A DNA stretch of 59,204 nucleotides from an uncultured Gammaproteobacteria bacterium (GTDB taxonomy: Bacteria; Pseudomonadota; Gammaproteobacteria; JABCZS01), in contig CAYMDW010000003.1 in assembly GCA_964389615.1 (NCBI GenBank), positions 23,294 to 82,497 on the forward strand, read 5' to 3'. Position 1 is the first letter of the stretch. Every line of letters starts with the position of its first letter. A program made the position numbers and the translations under genes. Shown one piece after another: positions 40,113 to 48,623 of this stretch. The notes under the pieces were generated by a model that saw nothing but the letters and a program-made list of their open reading frames with translations, did not search any database and was not told the origin of the DNA.

Positions 40113-42224
40113 TTAGGCGCGTGATCGGATGATTTTATTCACGGCTTTATTGGCGCGAATTTGACGCATCACTGCGGCCAGATGAATCCTGTCACGCACA
40201 GAAATAATCATGGTGATTAAACTGTAACGACCGTCTTTGTCTTGACTCGAAATCATGTCGATATTGGCTTCGGTCAGTGCAATCGCATTGGCCAAGGAAG
40301 CTAAAATGCCACGCTTATTGTGTACTTCAACCTGCAATTCGACTTGGAAGTCGCCTTCGATTTCATCAGACCATTGCACTGCAATCGCTTTGTCGGGTTG
40401 AGAGGCATATTTTTTAACTTGCCGACAAGAATCATGATGTATCGTCAAGCCCTGTCCGCTGGACATCACCCCGAGAATGGGATCATGGGGAAGAGGCCAG
40501 CAGCATTTACCGAATTTAACGACCAGACCTTCGGTGCCTTTGATTTGCAAAGGACCTTGGGGTTTGGCGGAATCTTCAAGATGAGCCTCGTCGATGGAAT
40601 CCGTCGCCAATTGACGCGCAACCAAGGAGGCGGAGCGCTCTCCCTTTCCGATGGCTTCACAGAGCGCATCCAAGGTTTTTAATTCGGATTCGGCAAGGTA
40701 GCGCGTCATTGTTTCTTCGGGAATCTTTTCGAGCGTATGCGAAATCGCACGCAAGGCGACATTGAGCAGTCGCTGTCCTAATAATATTAATTCAAAACGG
40801 TGTTGGCTCTTCAGAAAATGACGAATGCCTGAGCGCGCCTTGCCCGTGGCCACAAAATTCAACCAAGCAGGATTGGGGCGCGCCCCAGGGGCACTGATGA
40901 TTTCAACCGTTTGACCATTGGCGATTCGAGTACTCAGAGGCACCAGACGTCGATTGATTTTAGCAGCCACGCAGGAATTGCCGACATCCGTGTGCACGGC
41001 GTAGGCAAAATCAACCGCTGTCGCATTGCCCGGTAGCTCCATGATTTCACCCTTGGGCGTGAAGACATAGACCTCATCGGGGAATAAATCAATTTTGACA
41101 TTTTCAATGAATTCCAGGGGCGTTCCCGTGCTTTGCCCAAGGGACAATAAATTGGAAAGCCAGGCTTGGGCCTTATCCACGGTGCTTGCATTGGTTTTAT
41201 ACAACCAATGGGCGGCAATCCCATTTTCCGCCAGACGTTCCATCTCTTCCGTTCGAATTTGAATTTCAATCGGTACGCCATAAGGGCCGACAAGCAAGGT
41301 GTGCAATGATTGATAACCATTGGTTTTAGGAATAGCGATGTAATCTTTGAAGCGGCCGGAGACGGGTTTGTATAAATTATGCACCAGGCCCAAGACTCGG
41401 TAACATTCATCCACCGAGGGGACCACTAATCGAAAGGCATACACATCCATCACTTCATTGAAGGAAATATGCTTTTTGAACATTTTGCGATAAATGCTGT
41501 ACAAATGTTTTTCACGCCCATGAATCGCCGTTTCGGGAATATTCGCTTTTTTAAAACATTTCTTAATGTCTGTTTCAATCGTTTTGAAAATTTGTTTGCG
41601 ATTGCCGCGCGCCTTACGCACGTGAGTTTTCAGGACACGGTAACGCCCAGGATACAGCGCAGAAAATCCCAGGTCTTCAAATTCCACACAAAAATTATGC
41701 ATGCCCAGGCGTTTAGCAATAGGGGCATAGATTTCGAGAGTTTCACGGGCAATGCGACGACGCTTTTCAGGAGAGAGGGCTTCGAGGGTACGCATATTGT
41801 GCAGCCGGTCGGCCAGCTTGATCAGGATGACACGAATGTCCTTGGTCATGGCCAAGAGCATTTTACGAAAATTTTCGGCCTGAGCCTCTTCACGCGATTC
41901 AAAATGAATTTGGGTTAATTTGCTGACGCCATCAACAAGATCGGCAACGACCTGGCCAAATTGTTTGATCAGGGCTTCTTTGGTGATGTTCGTGTCTTCC
42001 AGAACATCGTGCATGAGAGCGGCCATGATGGTTTCGGGATCCATGCGCATGGAAGCCAAAATACGAGCCACGGCGATGGGATGAATGATGTAAGGATCGC
42101 CCGTCTGGCGCCACTGCGTTTCATGGGCACTGGCGGCCAGGGCGTAAGCTTCTGTGATTTTCTCGACGCTTTCGTGGTCGAGGTACTGCGCTAGTTCTTC
42201 CCGCAGATCATTATAGTGGAACAC
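40113..42224 (-). CDS. spoT: Bifunctional (p)ppGpp synthetase/hydrolase SpoT
   Basis: HDVLED HD motif, IKLADRLHNMRTL, NGYQSLHT, TGS and ACT domains; gmk-rpoZ-spoT order. Confidence 0.97.
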   Translation of the reverse strand: MFHYNDLREELAQYLDHESVEKITEAYALAASAHETQWRQTGDPYIIHPIAVARILASMRMDPETIMAALMHDVLEDTNITKEALIKQFGQVVADLVDGVSKLTQIHFESREEAQAENFRKMLLAMTKDIRVILIKLADRLHNMRTLEALSPEKRRRIARETLEIYAPIAKRLGMHNFCVEFEDLGFSALYPGRYRVLKTHVRKARGNRKQIFKTIETDIKKCFKKANIPETAIHGREKHLYSIYRKMFKKHISFNEVMDVYAFRLVVPSVDECYRVLGLVHNLYKPVSGRFKDYIAIPKTNGYQSLHTLLVGPYGVPIEIQIRTEEMERLAENGIAAHWLYKTNASTVDKAQAWLSNLLSLGQSTGTPLEFIENVKIDLFPDEVYVFTPKGEIMELPGNATAVDFAYAVHTDVGNSCVAAKINRRLVPLSTRIANGQTVEIISAPGARPNPAWLNFVATGKARSGIRHFLKSQHRFELILLGQRLLNVALRAISHTLEKIPEETMTRYLAESELKTLDALCEAIGKGERSASLVARQLATDSIDEAHLEDSAKPQGPLQIKGTEGLVVKFGKCCWPLPHDPILGVMSSGQGLTIHHDSCRQVKKYASQPDKAIAVQWSDEIEGDFQVELQVEVHNKRGILASLANAIALTEANIDMISSQDKDGRYSLITMIISVRDRIHLAAVMRQIRANKAVNKIIRSRA

Positions 42225-42265
42225 GTCCGCACTCCATGCCGGCCTCTCCTGCAGAGGGCTAGTTT

Positions 42266-42619
42266 TTAATCTTCGTCTTCGGCGTCTGCTTCGTTGTCTG
42301 CGACTTCATCGAGCCCTGCTTGCACTTCGATGCTGACAGCCGCAATACTGGCTTGGGCAGCGGCTTGAGCCAACATGTCGGTGGCATTGAGTAAGGCATC
42401 GGCCTGCTTTTGCTTTTCACGTTCTTTGAGGAAATCAGCATTCACAAAACCTTCAGCGATTTCACGCAAAGCAACCACGGTGCATTTATCGTTTTCCCAG
42501 GGAACCAAAGGATCTTCGCCACTCAGGCTAAGTTGTCGGGCACGCTTGGCGGCCAATACGGTGAGCTCAAAGCGATTAGGCAGCTTCTCAAGACAGTCTT
42601 CAACGGTAATTCGGGCCAT
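42266..42619 (-). CDS. rpoZ: RNA polymerase omega subunit
   Basis: [32 protein letters not shown]; acidic C-terminal extension. Confidence 0.96.
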   Translation of the reverse strand: MARITVEDCLEKLPNRFELTVLAAKRARQLSLSGEDPLVPWENDKCTVVALREIAEGFVNADFLKEREKQKQADALLNATDMLAQAAAQASIAAVSIEVQAGLDEVADNEADAEDED

Positions 42620-42658
42620 AGTTCACCTTTATAAGTAATAACAGGGAATTGTACTAAA

Positions 42659-43279
42659 TTATGTGAGGCTCAGCAATAAGTCGCGGTGCCGAATCTGCTG
42701 ATAGGGGGTTTTGAGCCGCTGGGCCAGGATAATGGCTTGAAGCTGCTTGAGGGCCTCTTCAAAGACATCGTTAACAATTAAGTAGTCAAACTCAGAATAA
42801 TGGGAGACCTCTTCGGTGGCTTGCTGCATTCGGCTTTCAATCACGGAAGGGTGATCCGCCGCACGCACCGTGAGCCGCTCCCTGAGCACCTCAAGGGAGG
42901 GGGGAAGGATGAAAATGCCGATCGCGGAAGGGATAAGCTCACGTATCAAACGAGCCCCCTGCCAATCAATTTCCAAAATCACATCCACACCCTGATTCAA
43001 AGACTCCGTCACCCATTTTTTACTGGTTCCATAATAATGACCAAAGACCCGGGCGCTTTCTAAAAAATCCCCAGCGGCTTGCATGTCGAGGAAGCGACGC
43101 TCATCGACAAAGAAATAATTCACCCCATTTTCTTCGGTGGGGCGTTTGGGCCGGGTGGTATGAGAAATCGAGACCTGCAAATCCCGAATACTTTCGACCA
43201 CCGCAGAAACCATACTGGTTTTGCCTGCGCCTGAGGGGGCGGCAATGATGAAAAGCCGGCCTTGGGGGGTGTGAATCAT
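42659..43279 (-). CDS. gmk: Guanylate kinase
   Basis: APSGAGKTS, SISHTTRPKR, YYGTS, LEIDWQGA. Confidence 0.98.
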   Translation of the reverse strand: MIHTPQGRLFIIAAPSGAGKTSMVSAVVESIRDLQVSISHTTRPKRPTEENGVNYFFVDERRFLDMQAAGDFLESARVFGHYYGTSKKWVTESLNQGVDVILEIDWQGARLIRELIPSAIGIFILPPSLEVLRERLTVRAADHPSVIESRMQQATEEVSHYSEFDYLIVNDVFEEALKQLQAIILAQRLKTPYQQIRHRDLLLSLT

Positions 43280-43282
43280 GGC

Positions 43283-44161
43283 TTACTCCAGGTTTTGAAC
43301 TTGCTCTCGCATTTGTTCGATCAGTACTTTAATTTCGACGGCTGCATTCGTGGTGACGACTGAAACGGACTTACTGCTCAGGGTGTTGGCTTCACGGTTG
43401 AGCTCTTGCATTAAAAAGTCGAGCCGACGACCGACAGGACCGCCCTGCTTCAGGGTGCGCTGCACTTCCACTCCATGCGCTCCAAGACGATCCAGCTCTT
43501 CTGCCACATCGGACCGTTGAGCCCAAAGAACCAACTCTTGTTCCAGTCGATGAGGATCCACTTGAATTTTGGCATCTTCCAGACGAGCGCGCAACTTTTC
43601 ACGTTGAGCCTCGAGCATCTGATCCAGGTGAGGACGCAAAATATCGGCCTGATGCTTGATGCCCTCCAAGCGACTCAAAATCAAGTCGCCCAGCTGCGCG
43701 CCTTCGCGGGCCCGCATGGCATCCAAACTGTCGAGGGCGGCTTGCAGGGTTTGCAAAAATGCGGGCTTGAGCAACGATTCCTCGGGCTCATGGGTTTGAA
43801 GCAATCCGGGCCATTGGATCAGATCACTCAAATTAATTTGCGTGGGACCCGGGGTCAGATCTCGCAAAGATTCGCAAGCCTCGACCAGTTGCTTGGCCAC
43901 GGCTTGATTCAGCTCGATGGCCGTCGTGCTTTCGCCTGGCTCAAATCGAACAAAGACCTCTACTTTTCCACGACTTAAGGCCTCGCGAATCATTTCACGT
44001 ACCTCGCCGTCAAAGCCACGCAGGGCCTCAGGCATGCGAATACTGGTGTCTAGGTAGCGATGATTGACGGTGCGAATTTCGATGGCGAGGGAGCCCCAAT
44101 CGCCTTTATTTTGACTTCTTGCGAAACCCGTCATGCTCCGGATGGACTTGTTGTTTGCCAT
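43283..44161 (-). CDS. yicC: YicC/YloC family endoribonuclease
   Basis: SMTGFAR, RTVNHRYLD, DVAEELDRL, GRRLDFLMQELNREANT, EQMREQVQNLE. Confidence 0.95.
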   Translation of the reverse strand: MANNKSIRSMTGFARSQNKGDWGSLAIEIRTVNHRYLDTSIRMPEALRGFDGEVREMIREALSRGKVEVFVRFEPGESTTAIELNQAVAKQLVEACESLRDLTPGPTQINLSDLIQWPGLLQTHEPEESLLKPAFLQTLQAALDSLDAMRAREGAQLGDLILSRLEGIKHQADILRPHLDQMLEAQREKLRARLEDAKIQVDPHRLEQELVLWAQRSDVAEELDRLGAHGVEVQRTLKQGGPVGRRLDFLMQELNREANTLSSKSVSVVTTNAAVEIKVLIEQMREQVQNLE

Positions 44162-44261
44162 AAGATCTCTTCCTTAGAGTGAGGGGGCGATTATAACAGA
44201 TTTCCTTCTTTCCTTGAAAATGCGATAATGCGGCCCTGAAGTTTTAAACGAGGCCCCTCCG

Positions 44262-44981
44262 ATGCGCAAAAATCAACGTGAACCCAACGCCCTCCGCCCT
44301 ATCACATTCACCCGCCAATTCACTGCTTATGCGGAAGGTTCCGTGCTAGTGGCCTTTGGGGATACCAAAGTATTATGCAATGCGAGCATACTGCCTGGGC
44401 AGGTGCCTAAATTTTTGAAAGGCAAAGATCAGGGCTGGGTGACGGCTGAATACGGAATGCTGCCTCGTTCCACCCATGAACGGAACGATCGCGAAGCCGC
44501 GCGTGGCCAACAATCCGGTCGCACGCAAGAGATTCAACGCCTCATTGGGCGCAGCTTACGTGCCTGTGTCGATTTAAAAGCCTTGGGTGAAAACACGATC
44601 GTGATCGACTGCGATGTGATTCAAGCCGATGGCGGAACACGTACCGCAGCCATCACCGGCGGATGTGTGGCTCTGTACGATGCGATTGCCTCTATTTATG
44701 ATTTGGGCATACTCAAACGCAATCCTTTCAAACAATTCATCGCAGCAGTTTCCGTTGGGGTTCATAAGGGCGAGGCCCTGCTGGATTTGGATTATTTGGA
44801 AGACAGCAACGCTCACACCGACATGAATGCGGTGGTGAATGAAGACGGTAATTTTATCGAGATTCAAGGCACGGCGGAACAAGCGCCCTTCACACATCAT
44901 GAATTATTGTCGATGACGGCATTGGCGCAAGAAGGTGCGGCGGCGTTGATACGAATGCAGAGGGAAGTGTTGGGGATTTAA
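44262..44981 (+). CDS. rph: Ribonuclease PH
   Basis: [47 protein letters not shown]. Confidence 0.98.
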   Translation: MRKNQREPNALRPITFTRQFTAYAEGSVLVAFGDTKVLCNASILPGQVPKFLKGKDQGWVTAEYGMLPRSTHERNDREAARGQQSGRTQEIQRLIGRSLRACVDLKALGENTIVIDCDVIQADGGTRTAAITGGCVALYDAIASIYDLGILKRNPFKQFIAAVSVGVHKGEALLDLDYLEDSNAHTDMNAVVNEDGNFIEIQGTAEQAPFTHHELLSMTALAQEGAAALIRMQREVLGI

Positions 44982-44996
44982 TGTTGTGACAGGTGC

Positions 44997-45037
44997 GTAG
45001 GGATAAATACGGCCGGTACTCCGGCCAATTTATCCGC
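44997..45037 (+). repeat. Solo GTAG-type REP hairpin between convergent rph and xth
   Basis: GTAG-GGATAAAT-AC-GGCCGG-TACT-CCGGCC-A-ATTTATCC-GC; same architecture as the 8067 and 8189 units. Confidence 0.8.
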
Positions 45038-45053
45038 AAGCCCGCAGGGATTG

Positions 45054-45827
45054 TCAATCAACCCCAGCGTAAGTCACAATCACCGGCGCATGATCTGAAA
45101 AACGCTCTTCCGTGTAAATAGAAGCCGACTGAATCGCGTTTTTCAGCCCCGGAGTGACCACATGATAATCAATGCGCCACCCCACATTTTTTTCCCAGGC
45201 ACGGAACCGATATGACCACCAAGAATATTGTTCAAGCTCAGGATGATGATGCCTAAAGGCATCAACAAACCCCACCTCATCAAAAACCTTATCGAGCCAT
45301 GCCCGTTCTTCCGGCAAAAATCCTGAATTCTTTTGATTGGCTTTCCAATTTTTCAAGTCGATCGGTTTATGGGCAATGTTCCAATCGCCGCAAATAATAA
45401 ATTCTCGGCCTGAGGCTCGCTGTTGTTTGAGAATATCCAGATAATCGTCGATGACTTCCATTTTAATGGCTTGGCGATCTTCGCTGCTGGAGCCCGAGGG
45501 CAAATACAAAGAGACCACGCTGAGATTGCCAAAATCAGCTTGAATGTAACGACCTTCACCGTCAAGAATGGGATGCCCGATCTGAGTGATCACCTGATCT
45601 GGTTTTTTTTTGCTAAAAAGCGCAACGCCGGAATATCCCTTTTTTTCGGCTGCCACGTAAGTAATGTGGTAACCCTCAGGGTGATAGAGGGGATCGGTGA
45701 GCTGATCGGGATGGGCTTTGACTTCTTGCAAGCAAAGAAGGTCGGGTGACTCTTTGGCCAGCCATTCGAAAAAGCCTTTGGTTGCGCCCGCGCGAACGCC
45801 GTTGATATTGAGAGAGATGATTTTCAT
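45054..45827 (-). CDS. xth: Exodeoxyribonuclease III family AP endonuclease
   Basis: NING, LQE, KKGYSGV, GDWN, GWRIDY, SDHAP catalytic motifs intact. Confidence 0.93.
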   Translation of the reverse strand: MKIISLNINGVRAGATKGFFEWLAKESPDLLCLQEVKAHPDQLTDPLYHPEGYHITYVAAEKKGYSGVALFSKKKPDQVITQIGHPILDGEGRYIQADFGNLSVVSLYLPSGSSSEDRQAIKMEVIDDYLDILKQQRASGREFIICGDWNIAHKPIDLKNWKANQKNSGFLPEERAWLDKVFDEVGFVDAFRHHHPELEQYSWWSYRFRAWEKNVGWRIDYHVVTPGLKNAIQSASIYTEERFSDHAPVIVTYAGVD

Positions 45828-45863
45828 GGGGGGAGTATATCACAAGATTTTTTGATCCTTGTT

Positions 45864-47015
45864 TCATGATATGGCCAATTTTTTGATTCGGCTCTCATGT
45901 TCTACTTTTAATTCTTTGATCTGATGAAAAAGGCGACGCCCGGCCCCTTCCCTGAGTTCATAGCGATAATGGAGGGTGAATGGCTTGGACAGTGCGACTC
46001 GCCTCACATCAAGCTCACTGCCACCGGGAGAGCGCAAGGGAGCACAAACCTCATGCCATTCACAATGATCGGTCACCTCGACGTGATCGTCAATGACCGT
46101 AAAATTCAGCCGACGACGGATACCACTCTGAGGCAAAGTCACCGAATAATCTGTCATTTCATTGACGTAAACGCCCGCCGCGATCACTGCCTCATTTAAA
46201 AAACCCGATTGATGCGCCCCGAGTTGCAAGGCATCTAAAACGACCCGAGGGAGTGTATTCATTCCTTGAAGTGAACTCATCGCTTGTTGAAATACTTGTT
46301 CTTTCTCAACCCCTTTTTTGTCCTCTTGAATTTCCCAGTGCTGCCGCCCAGCCCGAATCGTCAAATGAGGACTGCGGGTAATATCTTTATGAGTTTTATG
46401 GGATTGTTCTTTGATTTTGTCCCAAGACAGATGCTGTGAATCAAATTGACGGTAATTCGGCGGCTCTGAGGCCATTTTTTTCAAGACCCCCGCATGAATC
46501 GGGTGTGGGCCCATGGCTTGATAAACCAAGGAGAGACTTTCTTTAAGAAATGCCTCGTTTTTCACCAAGAAATATAGGGTCATGGAGGAATTCAAATGCG
46601 CAATCAATAGCAGCGCAACGGCTTGAGTCAACTCAAGACGCCGAGGAAGCTTGTATTCGATAGGATACAAACTTTGTTCATATAAATCGATAAAATGACT
46701 CGAGGGAAATTTAAAGGACTGATTGAATTTTAAGGGGATTAATTGATTATTCACCGCATCACGGTAACTCACGCCCTGCCAAAAAATCGTTTCATTGACC
46801 TTTAATCCATCATCACAAACAGCGACTGAAATGCCGGATTTTTCGATGAGAGGCGTAAAAGTTCCTTTAAAAACATAATGAAAATGGGTTTCAAAATCGC
46901 GTTGATACTCCCCCGGATTGAACTCATCCAGGCGTTTGATTAAATTTTCACTCTCCGGCCCAGAAAATGTCTTCTGAAAAGAAAGGAGCTGCTTTGTTGA
47001 TGATCCTCTGTACAT
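45864..47015 (-). CDS. Orphan 383-aa protein, candidate effector
   Basis: Long ORF with own promoter (ATGACC-17 nt-TACGCT-6 nt-ATG); no recognisable family. Confidence 0.75.
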   Translation of the reverse strand: MYRGSSTKQLLSFQKTFSGPESENLIKRLDEFNPGEYQRDFETHFHYVFKGTFTPLIEKSGISVAVCDDGLKVNETIFWQGVSYRDAVNNQLIPLKFNQSFKFPSSHFIDLYEQSLYPIEYKLPRRLELTQAVALLLIAHLNSSMTLYFLVKNEAFLKESLSLVYQAMGPHPIHAGVLKKMASEPPNYRQFDSQHLSWDKIKEQSHKTHKDITRSPHLTIRAGRQHWEIQEDKKGVEKEQVFQQAMSSLQGMNTLPRVVLDALQLGAHQSGFLNEAVIAAGVYVNEMTDYSVTLPQSGIRRRLNFTVIDDHVEVTDHCEWHEVCAPLRSPGGSELDVRRVALSKPFTLHYRYELREGAGRRLFHQIKELKVEHESRIKKLAIS

Positions 47016-47061
47016 ATTTTGAGCGTAGCATGGAATTGGGGATAGGTCATTTTTCGGCTCC

Positions 47062-47087
47062 GCCTTGGTTCAGACAATTGCTCGTTC
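47062..47087 (-). repeat. 26-bp repeat copy 1 (inverted partner of 48531-48556)
   Basis: Minus strand GAACGAGCAATTGTCTGAACCAAGGC; 25/26 identical to copy 2. Confidence 0.8.
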
Positions 47088-47133
47088 TTTCTCATCATTG
47101 TGGGAGTACCCTCCTACAGAGCGCCTGAAAAAG

Positions 47134-47211
47134 GTACCAAAAACGTGAAAATCTCCACATTTTATGTACCAAAAACGTGAAGATCTCCACGTTTTTGGTA
47201 CATAAAATGTG
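47134..47211. repeat. 56-bp palindrome (24-bp perfect arms) preceded by a 32-bp-period direct repeat
   Basis: CACATTTTATGTACCAAAAACGTG (47156-47179) / CACGTTTTTGGTACATAAAATGTG (47188-47211); GTACCAAAAACGTGAA(A/G)ATCTCCAC at 47134 and 47166. Confidence 0.85.
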
Positions 47212-47235
47212 AGTACACTCGGAGAAAACCGAGAA

Positions 47236-47883
47236 TTAATGTGATGAGACCCCGTACTCCTGATAGTAAGCCTTCAAGGCAGAAAGGTGCTCTTTCAAGA
47301 GAGGATCTTCCGCGCTGTAGGCAATGAGGTCGTTCAGGGTGAGGACCGCGTAGACTGGGACTCCGTAGCGCTGCTCCACTTCTTGCACCGCCGAGAGGGC
47401 ACCTTGCCCGCGTTCTTGTCGATTGACCCCAATAATCACCCCGGCCAAGGTAGCCCCCTGGGCTTGGATGATTTGCGCGGATTCATTGATCGCCGTTCCC
47501 GCAGAAATCACATCGTCGACCACGACCACGCGACCTTGCATCGGGCTGCCCACCAAATCACCGCCTTCGCCATGGGTTTTGGCTTCTTTGCGGTTGAAGC
47601 AATAGGGGTAATCCCGACCCAGGGCACTGAGCGCAATGGCTGTGGTAGAAACCAGGGGGATCCCTTTATAAGCTGGACCAAAGAGCATGTCGAACTCAAG
47701 CCCAGTATCGATGAGGGTTTGTGCATAACATTCGCCCAAGGTTTTCAGGGCATGGCCGGTGTTGAAAAGGCCCGTGTTGAAAAAATAGGGGCTGAGCCGA
47801 CCCGATTTGAGCGTAAATTGGCCGAACTTCAGTGCTTGAACTTCCAGAGCGAGCTGGATCAAAATGTGTTGAGGTGTTTTCAT
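47236..47883 (-). CDS. pyrE: Orotate phosphoribosyltransferase
   Basis: [50 protein letters not shown]. Confidence 0.98.
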   Translation of the reverse strand: MKTPQHILIQLALEVQALKFGQFTLKSGRLSPYFFNTGLFNTGHALKTLGECYAQTLIDTGLEFDMLFGPAYKGIPLVSTTAIALSALGRDYPYCFNRKEAKTHGEGGDLVGSPMQGRVVVVDDVISAGTAINESAQIIQAQGATLAGVIIGVNRQERGQGALSAVQEVEQRYGVPVYAVLTLNDLIAYSAEDPLLKEHLSALKAYYQEYGVSSH

Positions 47884-47987
47884 GCGGTGATTTTACCTGA
47901 ATATTTAAAATTTTGCCTCAAGAAAAGCACTCAACAGGGTGTTCTTGATGAGCCCCTGAAGAGCCCATCTGTACTGATCAGAGAAGA

Positions 47988-48455
47988 TTAAAGCTCGTCT
48001 TCAGTGACTGTTCCACGGACTGTAGCTTCGGCAACTTTTATCATAGGAATATGCCCGAGAGTCTCTGCAGCGACGCGTAGGGTCCGTTCTAGAGTACCTG
48101 CGGTGCACGTTGAAATGCTCAGCACAAGATTGCAAGAAGTCCCAGAGTCCAGACGCCCCCCCTCTACGCAATCATTGTCTCCTGTCTGAACAAAGGTGAC
48201 CGCACCATGACCCAGCGTATCCGATTCATCGTCCCAATAAATAGCGATGTTGGTTGGAGCAAGCGGCAAGTGCCCAGTATTTGTCAGAATAAAATTGGCC
48301 TGATAGGGGGTATCGCAATTCAGTGTTGACAGGGTCAGTGGGCCGGGTGCTGCAGTGAATTTGAACCCGTGGTTCCATCCATCCGCTTGTGCGAGATTAA
48401 TTGAGCAACTGAGAACTGCTGCGGCGAGCATGCTGCTTGCATAACGATTAAACAT
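47988..48455 (-). CDS. Small secreted beta-sandwich (Ig-like, ASH/choice-of-anchor-D-like) protein
   Basis: Signal peptide ending AQA; FILTNTGHLPL...C...LDSGTSCNLVL...G...L pattern; 4 Cys in the mature part. Confidence 0.6.
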   Translation of the reverse strand: MFNRYASSMLAAAVLSCSINLAQADGWNHGFKFTAAPGPLTLSTLNCDTPYQANFILTNTGHLPLAPTNIAIYWDDESDTLGHGAVTFVQTGDNDCVEGGRLDSGTSCNLVLSISTCTAGTLERTLRVAAETLGHIPMIKVAEATVRGTVTEDEL

Positions 48456-48530
48456 GATCTTCTCTCCATGAGTGTGGTTCGCGCGACTGCGCTAGATGAA
48501 GCTATCATAAGTTTGGATAGATAGGAACTG

Positions 48531-48556
48531 GAACGAGCAATTGTCTGAGCCAAGGC
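48531..48556 (+). repeat. 26-bp repeat copy 2
   Basis: GAACGAGCAATTGTCTGAGCCAAGGC. Confidence 0.8.
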
Positions 48557-48623
48557 AGGGGGATGGGAGAAGGCTCTCTCGTGAAAGAGTGCCTTTGGGG
48601 GAGGGGTTTAATGGAAGAAGTCT

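Noticed and set aside
47134..47211. Possible mini-CRISPR or iteron array
   Set aside because: Two direct copies with a 7-nt gap followed by an inverted copy; no unique spacers and no rep gene.
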